Position numbers and translations under genes: made by a program. From assembly GCA_965153455.1 (NCBI GenBank), contig OZ234493.1:31548213-31612212 (forward strand): a DNA stretch of 64,000 nt, written 5' to 3'. The notes beneath the pieces are model-generated. The model had not been told where the DNA came from and did no database searches. It saw only the letters and a program-made list of their open reading frames with translations. Of the stretch, positions 47,992 through 61,290 are shown one piece after another. The stretch is from Sphagnum compactum (Eukaryota). Within the stretch, counting starts at the first letter, position 1. Every line of letters starts with the position of its first letter.

Positions 47992-49913
47992 TTGTTTATG
48001 TCATAGTAGCACATTAGCAAGCGATCAAAATTCTTACTCTTTAGGTTTCCACGAAGGTGATAGATAGTACGTATGTAAGTTTCTTAGAAACCAATAATCT
48101 TTATTTTTGTGAGCAAACACCCTAAATTTCTAGACGGGTTTGGAAAAATGGTGACACATTTGGACCAAATGGGTCGTCAAATGTACAACCTGACTAATTA
48201 GTATGGCGTGCAACAGGTTTCTATAATCGGGAGGAAATTTTTGTCACATTTGGACCAAAATGAAGTCATCACAAGTTGAAAGCCAACAACTCAACACAAC
48301 AACATTGAGAGCAAGTATCAAGACTAGCAAACAAGGGTGTTTGTTATATACTCTTTTTATGTTTCACCCAAAATTTGCAAAACATAACAAACTCTTTACA
48401 ACTTAGTGAGAAATTGTGCTTGAAGACTAAAGCACAAAGTGAAGAGAATTTTAGATATAAATATTACACGGTTGTGGATGAAGGATCAAAGTCAAGAGTG
48501 TTGTAGGGTAAAGCACCCAATGGGGGAGTTCTCAAAATAAGGGATTGTGAAGAGCGACGTTAGCCAAGTCCGGCACCAAGTCTAGAATGTCCCCCATCAA
48601 CCCATAAATGACCTAAATACTAATGGCCTTCCATTATACCTTGAATATAGTAAACATATGGTGAATCAATTATCACAAATTGATTCACCCACAATATATT
48701 GTGCCACCAAGTTCAAAGACAAATTGGAGGACAAATTGAATGTTTTATATTAGGGACCATGTAATTTGCTGATTTTAATCCCAAAGTAGGTAACACCGCT
48801 ACTATCGTGGATCTTTTTTCTTTTTTTTTGAATCCTAATCCAATCCCTCTATGGTTGTTTATAATACCCATCTCTAAATAAAATTGCATAATTTTATCTT
48901 TATGAAAAAAGTGATGAAATTTTTTGTCTTTCAATCAAGTAAGAGTGTTTTCAATTAGGTGAATACCTCCATTTTCGGTAGTGGTTTTTCTTATCACATG
49001 GAGGTTGGGTGAATAACATTCCCTTTATCAAAAATAATATTCTAAAAGAAATTCTTAAAAAATGATTTCCCCAGCCCAATTAAAGTGAACGGTCACCCAC
49101 TATTATTTCCTGGTATTTGGGGGTTTATAACATATTATTTCTCACATTCAAGATAAAATTTTCACTATTATTTCCCATCATTTGGCTATAACCGTGAAAA
49201 TTGGAACTGCAAAAGGTAAGAGACTACTAATAGCAAACCAACTGGACCAATCATTCTATCGAAGTGAATCGCGAGTACTTGTACTCGCGATTGTTCCCTG
49301 CATAGAATTGCAGGGACAACATTCTATGCATACATAATGACCCAAAGCAATTCTTATCATCCTGAACCAACAGCCCAAACTTTATTGTTCTTCATCCAAA
49401 CCATATTGTGCAATATGTTAGTGGGATGGATGCTTCTACTTATTAGTAGTAGTACTCATCACATACCTTACCTACTTACCTTCCTATATAAAAATACACT
49501 AAATTTACAAAATTTGATTTCCATGTTTAAACTTTAAACCCGGGACTATTATATTTTGAAGTCACATAGCCAATGCGGTTAAGATTGATAATGTTACAAG
49601 TTACTATCGGTGTTGTGCAGGTACGTTGTTTTCTTAATATGTGCTTGAGCAGGATACATACCCATTTGTTTCAAATTTATTTACCCAACACATTCAAAAT
49701 TTTCAATTGAGTTAGGGTATAAAAAAATTGAGTTTTTTTGCTAGGTACCCTCTATCATATACCCCTTTTTGGGGTAAAAAGCAAGAGTATATATATATCT
49801 ATCATCATCACCCTCAACAACATATGCACTTTTATCACATGTTAGCAATTCTCAATGTTATCTCATATGTTTTTCCAAAGTTCTCCCCTTTCATTTAATA
49901 AATAAAATAAATA

Positions 49914-49947
<34 letters not shown>

Positions 49948-50216
49948 TGGTGGGCCAAAGGAGAGGTACTAGATCTTTCCATAGGAACTTCTATTAATTT
50001 TAGGGTTTCTTCCAAAGTATGAGTGATCCAACAACAATGGTATAGGTTACTAGACCTTAAACCCTAAACTTGGGTCCACCCAAGACTTCCTTGCAGTAGT
50101 AGTAGGGGCAAAAGCTGAAGTAGTACTAGACAAGGAGTCAGAGAAATTCCAACACTTTTTTGTACATGCCAAGTTGAACTGTCAAAAGGCTCTCTTTCTA
50201 TTGCAAGGTACACAAG

Positions 50217-50325
50217 TAGGTAGGTAGGTAGGTAGGTAGGTAGGTACCTTTACTTTCTCATCCAGGGAAATTCTGACCACTACCCTCTATTATTTCATTC
50301 ATTCATTCATTCATACATTCATTCA
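50217..50325. repeat. (TAGG)n and (ATTC)n microsatellites
   Basis: TAGG run 50217-50244; ATTC run ~50296-50325. Confidence 0.85.
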
Positions 50326-50439
50326 TGTGATACATTTCATTTATATGGTTTTAATTTCATCCATGTGGTGGTGATTTATATGAGTCCCACTTAAAATCTC
50401 ATCCATGACAACAAAAAAGAATGATCCCAACCCACCACC

Positions 50440-50790
50440 TCATCATGTTCCCAATGGAATCCCACCCCCACAAGCTCCCCATACCTCATCATCTATCCAC
50501 AAAATCCCAACCCACAATCTCCCCCAAATTCATCATGTACCCATGGAACCCCGACAATCTCCCCAAATTCATCATGTACCCATGGAATCCCACCCCCACA
50601 AATCCCCCCCCCCCCCCAAGTTCATCATGTTCCCATGGAATCTCAACCCACTATAACCCGCCAAGTTCATCATGTTCCCATGGAATCTCGACCCACTATA
50701 AACCCCCCAAGTTCATCATGTTCCCATGGAATCTCGACCCACTATAAACCCCCCAAGTTCATCATGTTCCCATGGAATCTCTACCCACTA
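50440..50790. repeat. Minisatellite, ~7 units of 39-50 bp
   Basis: Core CCAA(A/G)TTCATCATGT(A/T)CCCATGGAA recurs with C-rich linkers. Confidence 0.9.
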
Positions 50791-51841
50791 TTGCCCCCAA
50801 TAATGCTCCAAAATTTGTTCCCCACATGTTCCAAAAGTTCCTTTGGAACGTCAAAGATAGCCCCTCAATTCTTCATTCCTCTCGTCCCTTATTATGGCTT
50901 GGCAACTCATTGTGGGCTTTTTGCCAAGCCATAATGATTCGGGTAAGGCCCTCCCCCCATCCCCCCCCCCAAATACATTTTTGAGAAAGGAACACTCGTT
51001 TTGCCCTAATGGAAGAAGTGTTGCCTCGAGCATGCCCTAACTTTCTTACTCTAGAAATGGCCTCATCCAAGGGCTTTGTACCTGGCACAAGAAAACAAGA
51101 GGCAAATGGATGAAAATCACACAAAATAGATGTCATCCATTGGGGGAGATGATAAATAAAAATTTACTTGACATTATTTCATAGGTAAGTTACTAAGGTG
51201 AAAATCTAGAACCTTCTTACTTTCCCTTCTAACGAATTAGGTTACCACCTATGTAATTGGGTAAATATCATAGGTAGGTAAATAAGTAGCTAATAAGGCA
51301 CTTGGTGGCTTGTGAGTAGCATGTGAATGGTTAGCACCAATGTTGTACCAATATATATATATATATATATATATAGGGTACAATCTAAGTATATAATATT
51401 GGTATAATTATTGGTATTGAAAAATGTAGAAGTTGGGTATGACTTGAGGTAATATATTAGTATATGGGTATTTGGTATGAGACTTCATGTAATGCCCAAG
51501 TATATATATACCAATGTTGTTTAGATGTGAGGTTTTGAAGTTTTCCCTAGGTTATCAAATAGGACGTATTTATGAAAAACAAAATTGAACAGAACAACAC
51601 ACACAAAAATAACAACGTTCATGTTAAGACAAATATGTATTATTCATGTTCATTTGTTTTCATTTGACGAATATGGATTTGTCAAATTTTCAAATTTGAA
51701 CTAACTAAAGAGATATGTACAAAAGTTTAAAATAGATTATGGATGTTGGTCCTAAATTTTGGCAATCACACACTTCCCATGAACATTGGATATCATCACG
51801 CAAGATCAACTCCAATATGTATATAACCTACATCAATAATT

Positions 51842-52028
51842 CACTACAACAAAAGGTGTCCCCTGTACGCCAAGTGATTTCACTAGATTGTCCCCTGTAC
51901 GCCAAGTGATTTCACTAGATTTTGAGTGAATTCACTCATTGTAATGAACAGGGAACAGTGAAGAAGCAGTGAATTCACTAGTCTAGTGAACGGGGACTAG
52001 TGAACTGCACCCACATTTTGTAATAGTG
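51842..52028. mobile_element. Miniature CACTA (En/Spm) non-autonomous element
   Basis: Ends CACTACAACAAAA … TTTTGTAATAGTG (11/13 TIR match). Internal TTCACTAG/CTAGTGAA repeats in both orientations. Flanks ATT/ATA form an imperfect 3-bp TSD. Confidence 0.7.
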
Positions 52029-54879
52029 ATACCTTTTGACCTTCAAAAACCCAATAACTTGCAAAGCAATATTTTGATCTTCAAGAGTTACTAGACCAAG
52101 AGTTCTAATGATTTGTACAAAACCATGATTTTTATGTTACTAACCATCATGTTTTTAAATGACTATATAATCAAGGTTCTAGATTAAATTAATAGTTTGA
52201 AATGATTAAATGTGTCCTTCATAACTAACATCAAAAGTAACAATTATAAATGAACGACTAAAAACTATAGCATTATAGTCAAATTAAACAATATGTTGGA
52301 CATGTGATAAATGTGAATATTCATGCAGACTTGTAGATGTTGATTAATACAAGGAACATGATTGAAATTAATCATGATTATAGTGTTATTTTTTAATGAC
52401 ATGGTAATCATAAAATGGAAATAAAAAATCATGTTCTCATTTTTGAAACTTCATTAAAAAAAAATGACAATAAAGGATAGTTTTCATGGTTTCAATATTA
52501 TACATAAATATTTAAATAAATAAATAATTTACAAGGGGAAACAGATGAATAAAAATGTAATGAGAAAATGGAATATTAATTTGAAATTTTCTACATTAAT
52601 TAATACTATAAAAAATCATAATAACTAACTAAATGTACATGCTAATCTTGGATTATTCAGATTCCATGATTCCAACTAGTATTTTATGATGAATCAATTG
52701 AATGCATATGTATCTCAAAAATAGCCCCAAACTAAACCATCTATTTAAAATTTATTTATTTATGATACAATGACATGAGTAAAATGGAAGAATATATATA
52801 TTTTTTAATATTTTAATTTATTAAAAGAAAATATAAATAATATACATGTGATTTAAATTTGAATATAAAAATAGCCAAAATTTTAATTAAATCTATGAAA
52901 TTAAAATAAAGTCCATTGTTATTGCAAAAAATCATAGCATTGAATTGATTTTTTTTATTTTCATCACAAAAATTGATATATGATTAAAAACATTAAAAAA
53001 ATTAATAACATAATTTCACAAGTGAATTTTTCTTTTATGATATTTTAAAGATGTAATTTTTAACAATAATTTTTTAATAATATGTGTCCTGGATCACCAA
53101 ATGTAAATTAATGTAATGTCTAAAACTTTTAAGTAAAAAAATTATAAAATTAAAATCAATGATGAAAGTAAAGAAACCAAATGTACATAAATAGTTAGAT
53201 TCAAAATTTGTAACTCAAGCAAAAAAACAATTACTGGAAGTTTTGAAATAGATGTTTAAGTTTTTGTTCACATTTTGAAATTGAAAGTAGTTACAAAGTT
53301 TAACGTGATTATGAGAGTACATTATTTTGACCTGAATAATTATAGATTATAACCCAACCAAAGATTTGAAACATTATATATGGATTTCTGAATTTATTAT
53401 TTAATTATTTGTTCACATTTTGAAACTAAGTTTTTTTTTAAATCAATATAACTGTGAAAGAAATTTTTTTTCTAAATAATTATATTACAGAAATTACATA
53501 TGAATTTTTGAAATGAATATTTTAAACTATCTTAATTGTTGTAAATTTTGAAATGGAAAAAAAATCACAAAGTTCCATACAAATGAAACTAAATAAATTA
53601 ATGTAGCTAAATAATATTTGAATATAAAACTCAATTCAAAATTTCAAACAATACATTTGAATTTGTTTGAATGAGTATTTAAAATAATTATAACTTACAC
53701 ATATTTTAAACTAAAGGAAATTACAAAGTTCAATGTAATAATGAACCTACCAAATCAATTAAATCAAATAGTGAAATTTTTAAATGATTTTTTTTTGTAC
53801 AAAAAGTGTTTTTATATCTTTTGTGATGTCATTTATGTCATCACATGAGGTGATGGCTTGGTGGTTAAGGCCTTGGAATGTCACCAAAGAAGTTGTGGGT
53901 TTAAACTTCACTTTGAACATGCATCATTAAAATAAAAATCCCAAGTTTGGGGATTCAATGACCAGTATGGTGTCAACCAACAATCTACCAATAATGTCAA
54001 CCTGAAAAAATAAAATTATGGACTTGAATCCCAAGTTGAAGGTGGCAACGTTTTGGATTCATCTATAATTCAAAAATAAATAGAAGTTAATAATGTCATT
54101 ATAAATATATGTAAATAAAAATTATTTCATCTGAAAGTCAAATTCGTAATGTCACGTCAACTAATAACCTTAATCATTTTAATCATTTCAAACAATCATC
54201 TTTAGTCATGTTAGTCATATAATTTTAGTCACGTTTGTGTAAAAAACAACTGGTCTATTTTGACTACATTCAATTTTGTCCATTGTTTGATGTGATTAAA
54301 ATTTTGATTAAACTTGGTCATAAAAACCAACGTAAAAGCTATAACTCTTTACTAATGAATTACAATCCAACATGTGAAAGCCTTGAAAAAGGAATAAATA
54401 ATCACAACCAATGTCCATGGGAAAGTTTTGCAAAAGCCAATAACTGACAAGGGCCTTAAACTCAACCAATTTTTTCATAAGTTCTACCCAATGTAACACA
54501 AGCTTCAAGCCCAACCACACCCCACATACATTTCACATAAACCCAAAAACACCCATTGCACAAAACACAACCAAAACCCATCATCCCTTGTTGGTGAACT
54601 CCACAACTAAACTTTACATGAACATGATGTAAATTTGAACAATGTAAATTGTCATTGACATTTGGAATTCCAACAACCTTAAAATAAACAACAACAAAAA
54701 TTTTCTAATCTAACATAATTGTCAAGTCTAATCATTGTCAAGTTCCAATTGTTCAAAATAATTTGATTCCTCAATTATTTTAATTTTCTTAATTTAACTA
54801 ATAAAATTTCAATTTTCATAAAGTTCGTCAAATTTGTATGTTGTTTATAATTTTGATGAAAATCATTATGCTACTTCTT

Positions 54880-57230
54880 CACCACAATGATGGTGTGATC
54901 TAAGTTCTCCACTTGTAACTTGCAACATCTTACAGTTGTCAACACACCAACAAGTCTAAACACATACTTAATTTGTGATTTCAAAATTCCCAAGATTTAT
55001 TTGGCAAAGAAACCAATGTTTAGGAATTGAGTTTCATGATTGCACCACCAAAGTAGGGGATCAACACATGCAACAAGAGTTACAAATAACCTCTTAAACA
55101 AATATAGTTCCCCAATAAGAAATGCATGCAAAGATTTTTCAATAAATGCGCCAACACCAAAGATGTCATTGTTTTCTTTAAAAGTCAATGAAGGGTGAAA
55201 GCACATTACATTGTCCATAAAATGTTGTCATAAGGCAGTTTTTGCAAGATTTTGGGATTTGTAATTCGCCATGTGATTACATATACTCAATTAAAATGAA
55301 AAAGGGCTCAACACTACAATGTTATATATAATATAATCACATTGTATGAATTTCATGGATAGTTTTATAATAGCCATAACATAATGGACTTTCAAAAGAA
55401 TACCCAAAAACCTATAATAGTCCATAATTAATGAATATGGACTCCATGCACCTTCATATAATGTTTTTTAATGAGTAAAAGATTCAATGATAATATGATG
55501 TGATAACATTAATACCAAGGACTTTTTGAAAGGATTTTGATGATCAAAATTTTTTATGTACCTTGAATTATGGTTTTTTTTTCTTAAGTCCTTTATTTAA
55601 TGAAAGTACTAGTTTAGAAGCTCATCTTTCAAATTTAAGTTCTCCATAAGGTAAACTAAGGTTAACTTTTTATGTATAATAAATATCTAATGATAACTTG
55701 TAAAATGACACGTGTGATTCAAGGTATCTTAGTTTCACACTACCTTCTCAATGTTAATTTATGTAAGTATGGACTTCCAGATGTGCTTAAAAGTGTTAGA
55801 CCTTAATGTGCACTGTGAAACCAACAATTAAACCATCAATTTTTGTTACACATGCTTGGATAATAAGGTTTAGTATTAAAAAAATTATCATCAGAACAAG
55901 GATTACTACATTTGCATCATGCTTAAAAAACAAGATGATACAAACTTTACATCCCACATAATCATCCATACCCCGCAAAGACTTGCAACAAAGATTTAGC
56001 ATAATGGTGAACACATTGTGAACATGATACAAATCAAAAACTTTCAAGAATTAAAGAAAAGGTTTGATCACCTTAACAATTTTAGCTCACATGTTATTTT
56101 GAAAATTGAAGACCTTGGCATCAAAAACAACACTCCCATCAATAACCATGTCCCATCTCAACTTCCAAAATCAATGTCAAATTGATAAATGTAGTGAGAA
56201 CATTAGATAATAACCAATGACCTCTTGGTTGGTTCTTACATAAGCAATGACAACAAGGTTCAAAACACTTGTGGATGCTTTTGCAATTAACCATACCTCA
56301 ACCTTAAGAACTCATTGCTTCAAAGTAATTGTGACCAAGACATCTACTTCTATAAAAATATTAAAGGTTCAAAGGATGATAATCAATAATGGAATGTTGT
56401 GTTGTCACCATAGATGTCATGTTATTGTTTTCATCTTTCACAAAAATAATCACACAATGCATCAAATCATACTTTTCAAATAAAGTTTGCAACTACTTAA
56501 CCATGGAAAATTTCATGGTTTCATGAACTTCAAATAAACCAATAGTAATATGCATAATTCAAAGTATTAATTACTAGGGAAAATGTATTCACAACACCTT
56601 TGGAGATCCATAAATCAAAATTAGCAAACATAGTTATTGTAGATGCAAGGTGTAACAACAAATGTAATTTCATGGTTTTTATGACCATTGCATCTTTTCC
56701 ACCAAAATAGGAACAAAAAAGAAAGACAACACAAAGGCATTATCATAACACTAACATGTGCATCCAAATATGTTCAGAATTTGAAAAGGCCTTGTATCCC
56801 TTACAAATACACAACAATACATCTTCAACAAATTGTTGTTTTGCTTCATCACCTATTTTGTAAAGAATTTTGCCACCAAAAAATGCCATGATTACACACC
56901 TAGTTAGCCTATACTACTTTTTCTTTGATTGTTGACTATGATTTACCTCAACAATTTTATGGGCAATGACCAACCTTCTTTGGGCAACCAATTTTGGATG
57001 TGTAGATTCAATGTGAGTCTTCATAAAAGTGATTCTATTAAACTTGTTGTGTTTAATAAAACCTTTTTGTAAAAGAGTAGATTGTTGGCACAAAACATTA
57101 ATACTTGCTTGCTTTATTCTACAATAATACATTGTAACATCTACATGTTTTCAAAATCCATAGGTAAGTTATCAAATCCAAAAAAAAACCCATAGCAAAT
57201 CAAGCTTTGACCATGTGGCTTCCAAGCTAC
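54880..57230 (-). mobile_element. Decayed hAT transposase
   Basis: BED-finger-like KGFIKHNKFNRITFMKTHIESTHPKL (56914-57132), FDLYHVHNVFTIMLN (55990-56047), C-terminal dimerisation domain DPLLWW…QFLNIGFFAK*ILGILKSQI…LQVENLD (54880-55120). Confidence 0.8.
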
Positions 57231-60200
57231 AACTTGAACTTATATAATCACAAGTAACATATGCATGCTCTCAACATTTGACAAGTTGCCATGCACATTA
57301 TAAATTGTTGGAATTCCAACAAATTTTTCAACCCCACCAACACCTTCACCCATAACATCGGACATGACCTAACACTTAGTCACAACAATGTTCAAACAAA
57401 ACATAAAATTACAACAAAAAATTGTAGCGATAAGTGAAGCTAAGTTTATTTAGCAAAGATCCATGAGCACATGGAAAATCTATGTTTTCAAATTGCTAAA
57501 CAAAAATATATACAAAACAACAAGGACAAATTGGGCAAAGAAAAAGCTTACATTGCAAAAGGAGACCAAAATGAAAATGCACCTTTGTAGAACATGAAGA
57601 CTCGACAACAAACTTGTGTAAAATGCACAATTGTTGAAATGTGCAAAGGTCAAAAATTGCAAATGCCAAAAACTTGTGATGTTCAAGCTCCATGTGTGAA
57701 GTGTGAAGACCAAAAATGCAACAATGCTTAAGGTTGACTCAAAAACACCTTTCCCAAAGACAAATAAACAAAAAATTGACTTGAACTCCAAACTCAAAAC
57801 TCAAGAATGCCTTTCCCAAAAACAAAAAAACCAAAAATTGACTTGAATTCTAGACTCAAAGTTTTGAAAAATGCCTCTTCCAAAAAACAAAGAAACCACA
57901 AATCAAGCAACTAATTTTTTGGAAAGGGAAAAGTTACAAAAGCACCACTAATCCATGGATGAAAAAAGGTTTGTACTTATGACAATGAGTGAAGCAACTC
58001 AAGCTTCACCTTCATCATTGCTTGGAAAAAGACACAAATTCTTTAACCTAAAACCCCATACCCTAATGGGAAGCTCCATATTTAGAATCTAAACCAATTA
58101 AACCCTTCAATGTGCATATGCATATCAAGTATATTAAACCTACCTTTAATGGATATGAATACCCATTTATCCATATTCGGGGCCCTAGTAACTATAATAG
58201 ACAAATATGAACAACAATAGTTGCATCTAACCTCCAAATATGCATAACTAATGGTTATTGGTCAAAGTCACCTTTGTTGGATACACATGACCTTAGATAT
58301 TGAAAAAACCACAAAATCAAGATATGGATCTATGCATATCCAACTATTATCTAAATTAATATCTAGATTTCTTCACATTATTGGTCAACATTGATATATA
58401 TTTGCTTTATATTACTACTAATACCAAGTTTACACCTACAATATACGAGGCACAAAGCATCCAATACTAGTACTTGCAAACTATGAAAAGCAAACGAAAC
58501 AAAATAACTAATGCCAAAATCAATCTTGTATGTTCAAAAATTGACACTAGTACATTAACATTGGTTAATATGTATTTAACCACCATAGTTGGCTATGGGG
58601 TAAGAACACAACAAAAAAACATTTCATGTCCACACACCATCCATCTTGCAAGGTGCATTGGTGGGTGATGGTTTAGTTTGGCCAACAAATCCATCCCTTC
58701 TATTTATTTGGGTGTGATTTTCTTTGGGCATTTGACTAGGTCAAGCTTTCAAATTTGATGGATTCAAGCTTTTCTTCCCACATTGCTAGGTTTAATTCAT
58801 TTTCATATTCTTTTTTATCTATATATATATATTTTAAATTCTTTCCATACGTGGTGTTTTCTTTTTAATTCCAAATCCTGAGTGCCTATTTATTTACCAT
58901 ATCAGTTAAGTCTCCGCATTACCAAATCAATGAAATTTTGTTCGGATTATCAAATTAATAATTTTTTGGGTTTATTTTTAAAGTAGCGTGTTACAAAAAT
59001 AAAGGTTTAATTTTCTGAAAGGATAACATTTATGTGAATTATTAGGATTCATGAGTTCACAAGCACAAAATTGTAGTAAAGTTGCCCCATTTGAATTGCA
59101 TACATGGGGGATTTTTGAAGGGCATTGCCAACCTTTTGTGTGATGGATCCTTTTTATTTTATTTATTTATTTATTTATTGGTTGGATATGTGAATCATAA
59201 AATTGCATCTCATTTCATACATTTCTATTTTTTTTATAAATGACCAATTGACCATAAAAATGAAAAAAAAGACAAACTTTGTAATACGATCTAGTGCAAA
59301 AACGTTTGTGACAAATGTCAAAAGTTGCACAATATATACACTTCTACTTGGAAAAACCCACAATTTAAAAAACATCAAGAGTATTCTACACATTATAAAT
59401 TATTTTTCCAAAAATTCTTTACCATCAAAAGGTTCAAAACCTTTATATTGTGATGGGCCTTTGTTGATTGCAAATAAGTAAAAAGTTTCAAAACTTTGGA
59501 ACATTCCCAAGAAAACATTTAATTTACTTCTTCACATGGTTGACCTATGAAGGGATAAAAAAAAGTAAAACTTTCGCCGAAGGAAAAAGTGGGTATTAAA
59601 ATAAGGTGAAATCATTAAGAACAATTCATGAGGGACAATGGGGAATTATGGGACAATTGGGAAAATAAAAAACATCAGCAAAGCATATGGGATAAATAAC
59701 ATGTGTGAAAGGCACTTGGGACTTCTAAGAGTAACATAAGTAACATTTGGCAAAATGGATGGGATAAAATTAAGAAAATACATTAGGAACTAGGAGCTCC
59801 TCATGCAATGACTATGCATTTCATGACAAGTTCAAAGTTCAAACTAAAAATTAAACACTTACCTTAAGAACTTATGATTAAGAACATATGCACTTCTATG
59901 AAATACGCCCATTCATCATAAGCACACATAGTACTCCAAAGGTCACTCACACATGTCGTCAAGTTTGAGTCAAAATTGTATGCCCAAATCTTACACCAAT
60001 GTGTAATTTCTTCCCTAGCCAATAAATGGGAACATTGTTAAAAACTTTAATGAAATGGCTTTATTGAGATCACTTGATTAGAACAAAACCCTAAACTCAA
60101 ATCATCTTCATGTTCCTAAGTGGAACTCGGTCCATTATATAATACGTAATGACCTTGCTAGGATTTTGCAATGTATTAGGTGGGTGCCTTCAATCCATAA

Positions 60201-61061
60201 GATTCCCTCTTAACAGAGGAGGTCATCTTACAATTATAGGCGTGTTTTTACATTTTCATAAGGGCTCATTGTTTTTTCTTTGCACTTTAGATATCCATGA
60301 AGCTCTCATTATGCACCGTAGGACCTTTAGATGGGATGGGTTGTTACCATAATTCAATGTTGCCTCATGTGGGTGCTTTATTTTTGGTGATGCCCTTGTC
60401 TACACACCTTATTTATCACATAACTTTACTTGAACCTATCTTTCTCAACTAGGATTTAGCTTTCAACTTCTTTCAACATCAATGAATGATCAATTTCTAA
60501 GTTCTTAAAGCATCTCCAACAAATATGTAATAAATTAACACTACATTAGTGTAGTAGAACACCAACCCAATGACCTCATTAATTTGGTTACCATATGATG
60601 TCAACAAAGCCCCAACAATTGTTTATAGTTGTCTACAACAAATTTAGAAAAAAAAATTTAATGTTCATTGGCATCTTTCCCATGGATGTTTGCAGAAAGA
60701 ATAAGTTGTTTTCCCCATGGACCTTGTAAACACATAATAGCATAATAGTTTCTACAAAGATTTCATGCAAATTTATGTGGAGATTTGCACACCCATATTA
60801 GCTTTGAAAATGCACAAGCATGAAGGTGACAATTATTCCAACAAATACAAGATCACATGAATGATGAGGAAGGCGAAGAATTGTTTCTTGTTGGAGTTGT
60901 GGAAATGTTTGCATTCAACCAAGTGGAAGGTCCTTGAAGACATGCAATTTTGCTCCTAAGAGATTGGAAAATTGGCTAAGAGGATGGTAGTAAAGTCATG
61001 AATGACTTTTAAAAATTACTTTGCACCTTCATTGGTGTTTAAAGAAGGTTTTTTAGGCATC

Positions 61062-61290
61062 AATATAAGATGAGGTGTACATTGTTCTTATGAATTATGG
61101 CTAACGTTTGTGAGTACAATGTTTTCTTTGTGTAATGGCTAAATTGTATAGGGAAACTTGGATTGTTTTCAATCCAAGATTGCACAATTGCATTGTGACA
61201 ACTTACATATATGGAATATAAACTAATTTTATAAATGGGTACCACTGGCTTAGTGAAAGCACTACAATGGAATGCCTCAAATATTTCATT
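61062..61290 (+). mobile_element. PIF/Harbinger transposase fragment
   Basis: Plus translation YKMRCTLFL*IMANVCEYNVFFV*…GKLGLFSIQDCTIAL*QLTY…(frameshift)YHWLSESTTMECLKYF matches the plant Harbinger RMxxxLF…GLSxxQKCTxAxRxLAYG…ESTAxE segment. Confidence 0.75.

Noticed and set aside
44564..50790. Tandem arrays as CRISPR arrays
   Set aside because: Units are contiguous or have linkers related to each other rather than unique spacers; no cas genes; eukaryotic context.
54448..58188. AGGGCC…GGCCCTA as terminal inverted repeats of the hAT relic
   Set aside because: Only a 6-7 bp match and no convincing 8-bp TSD, so the element boundaries are not claimed.
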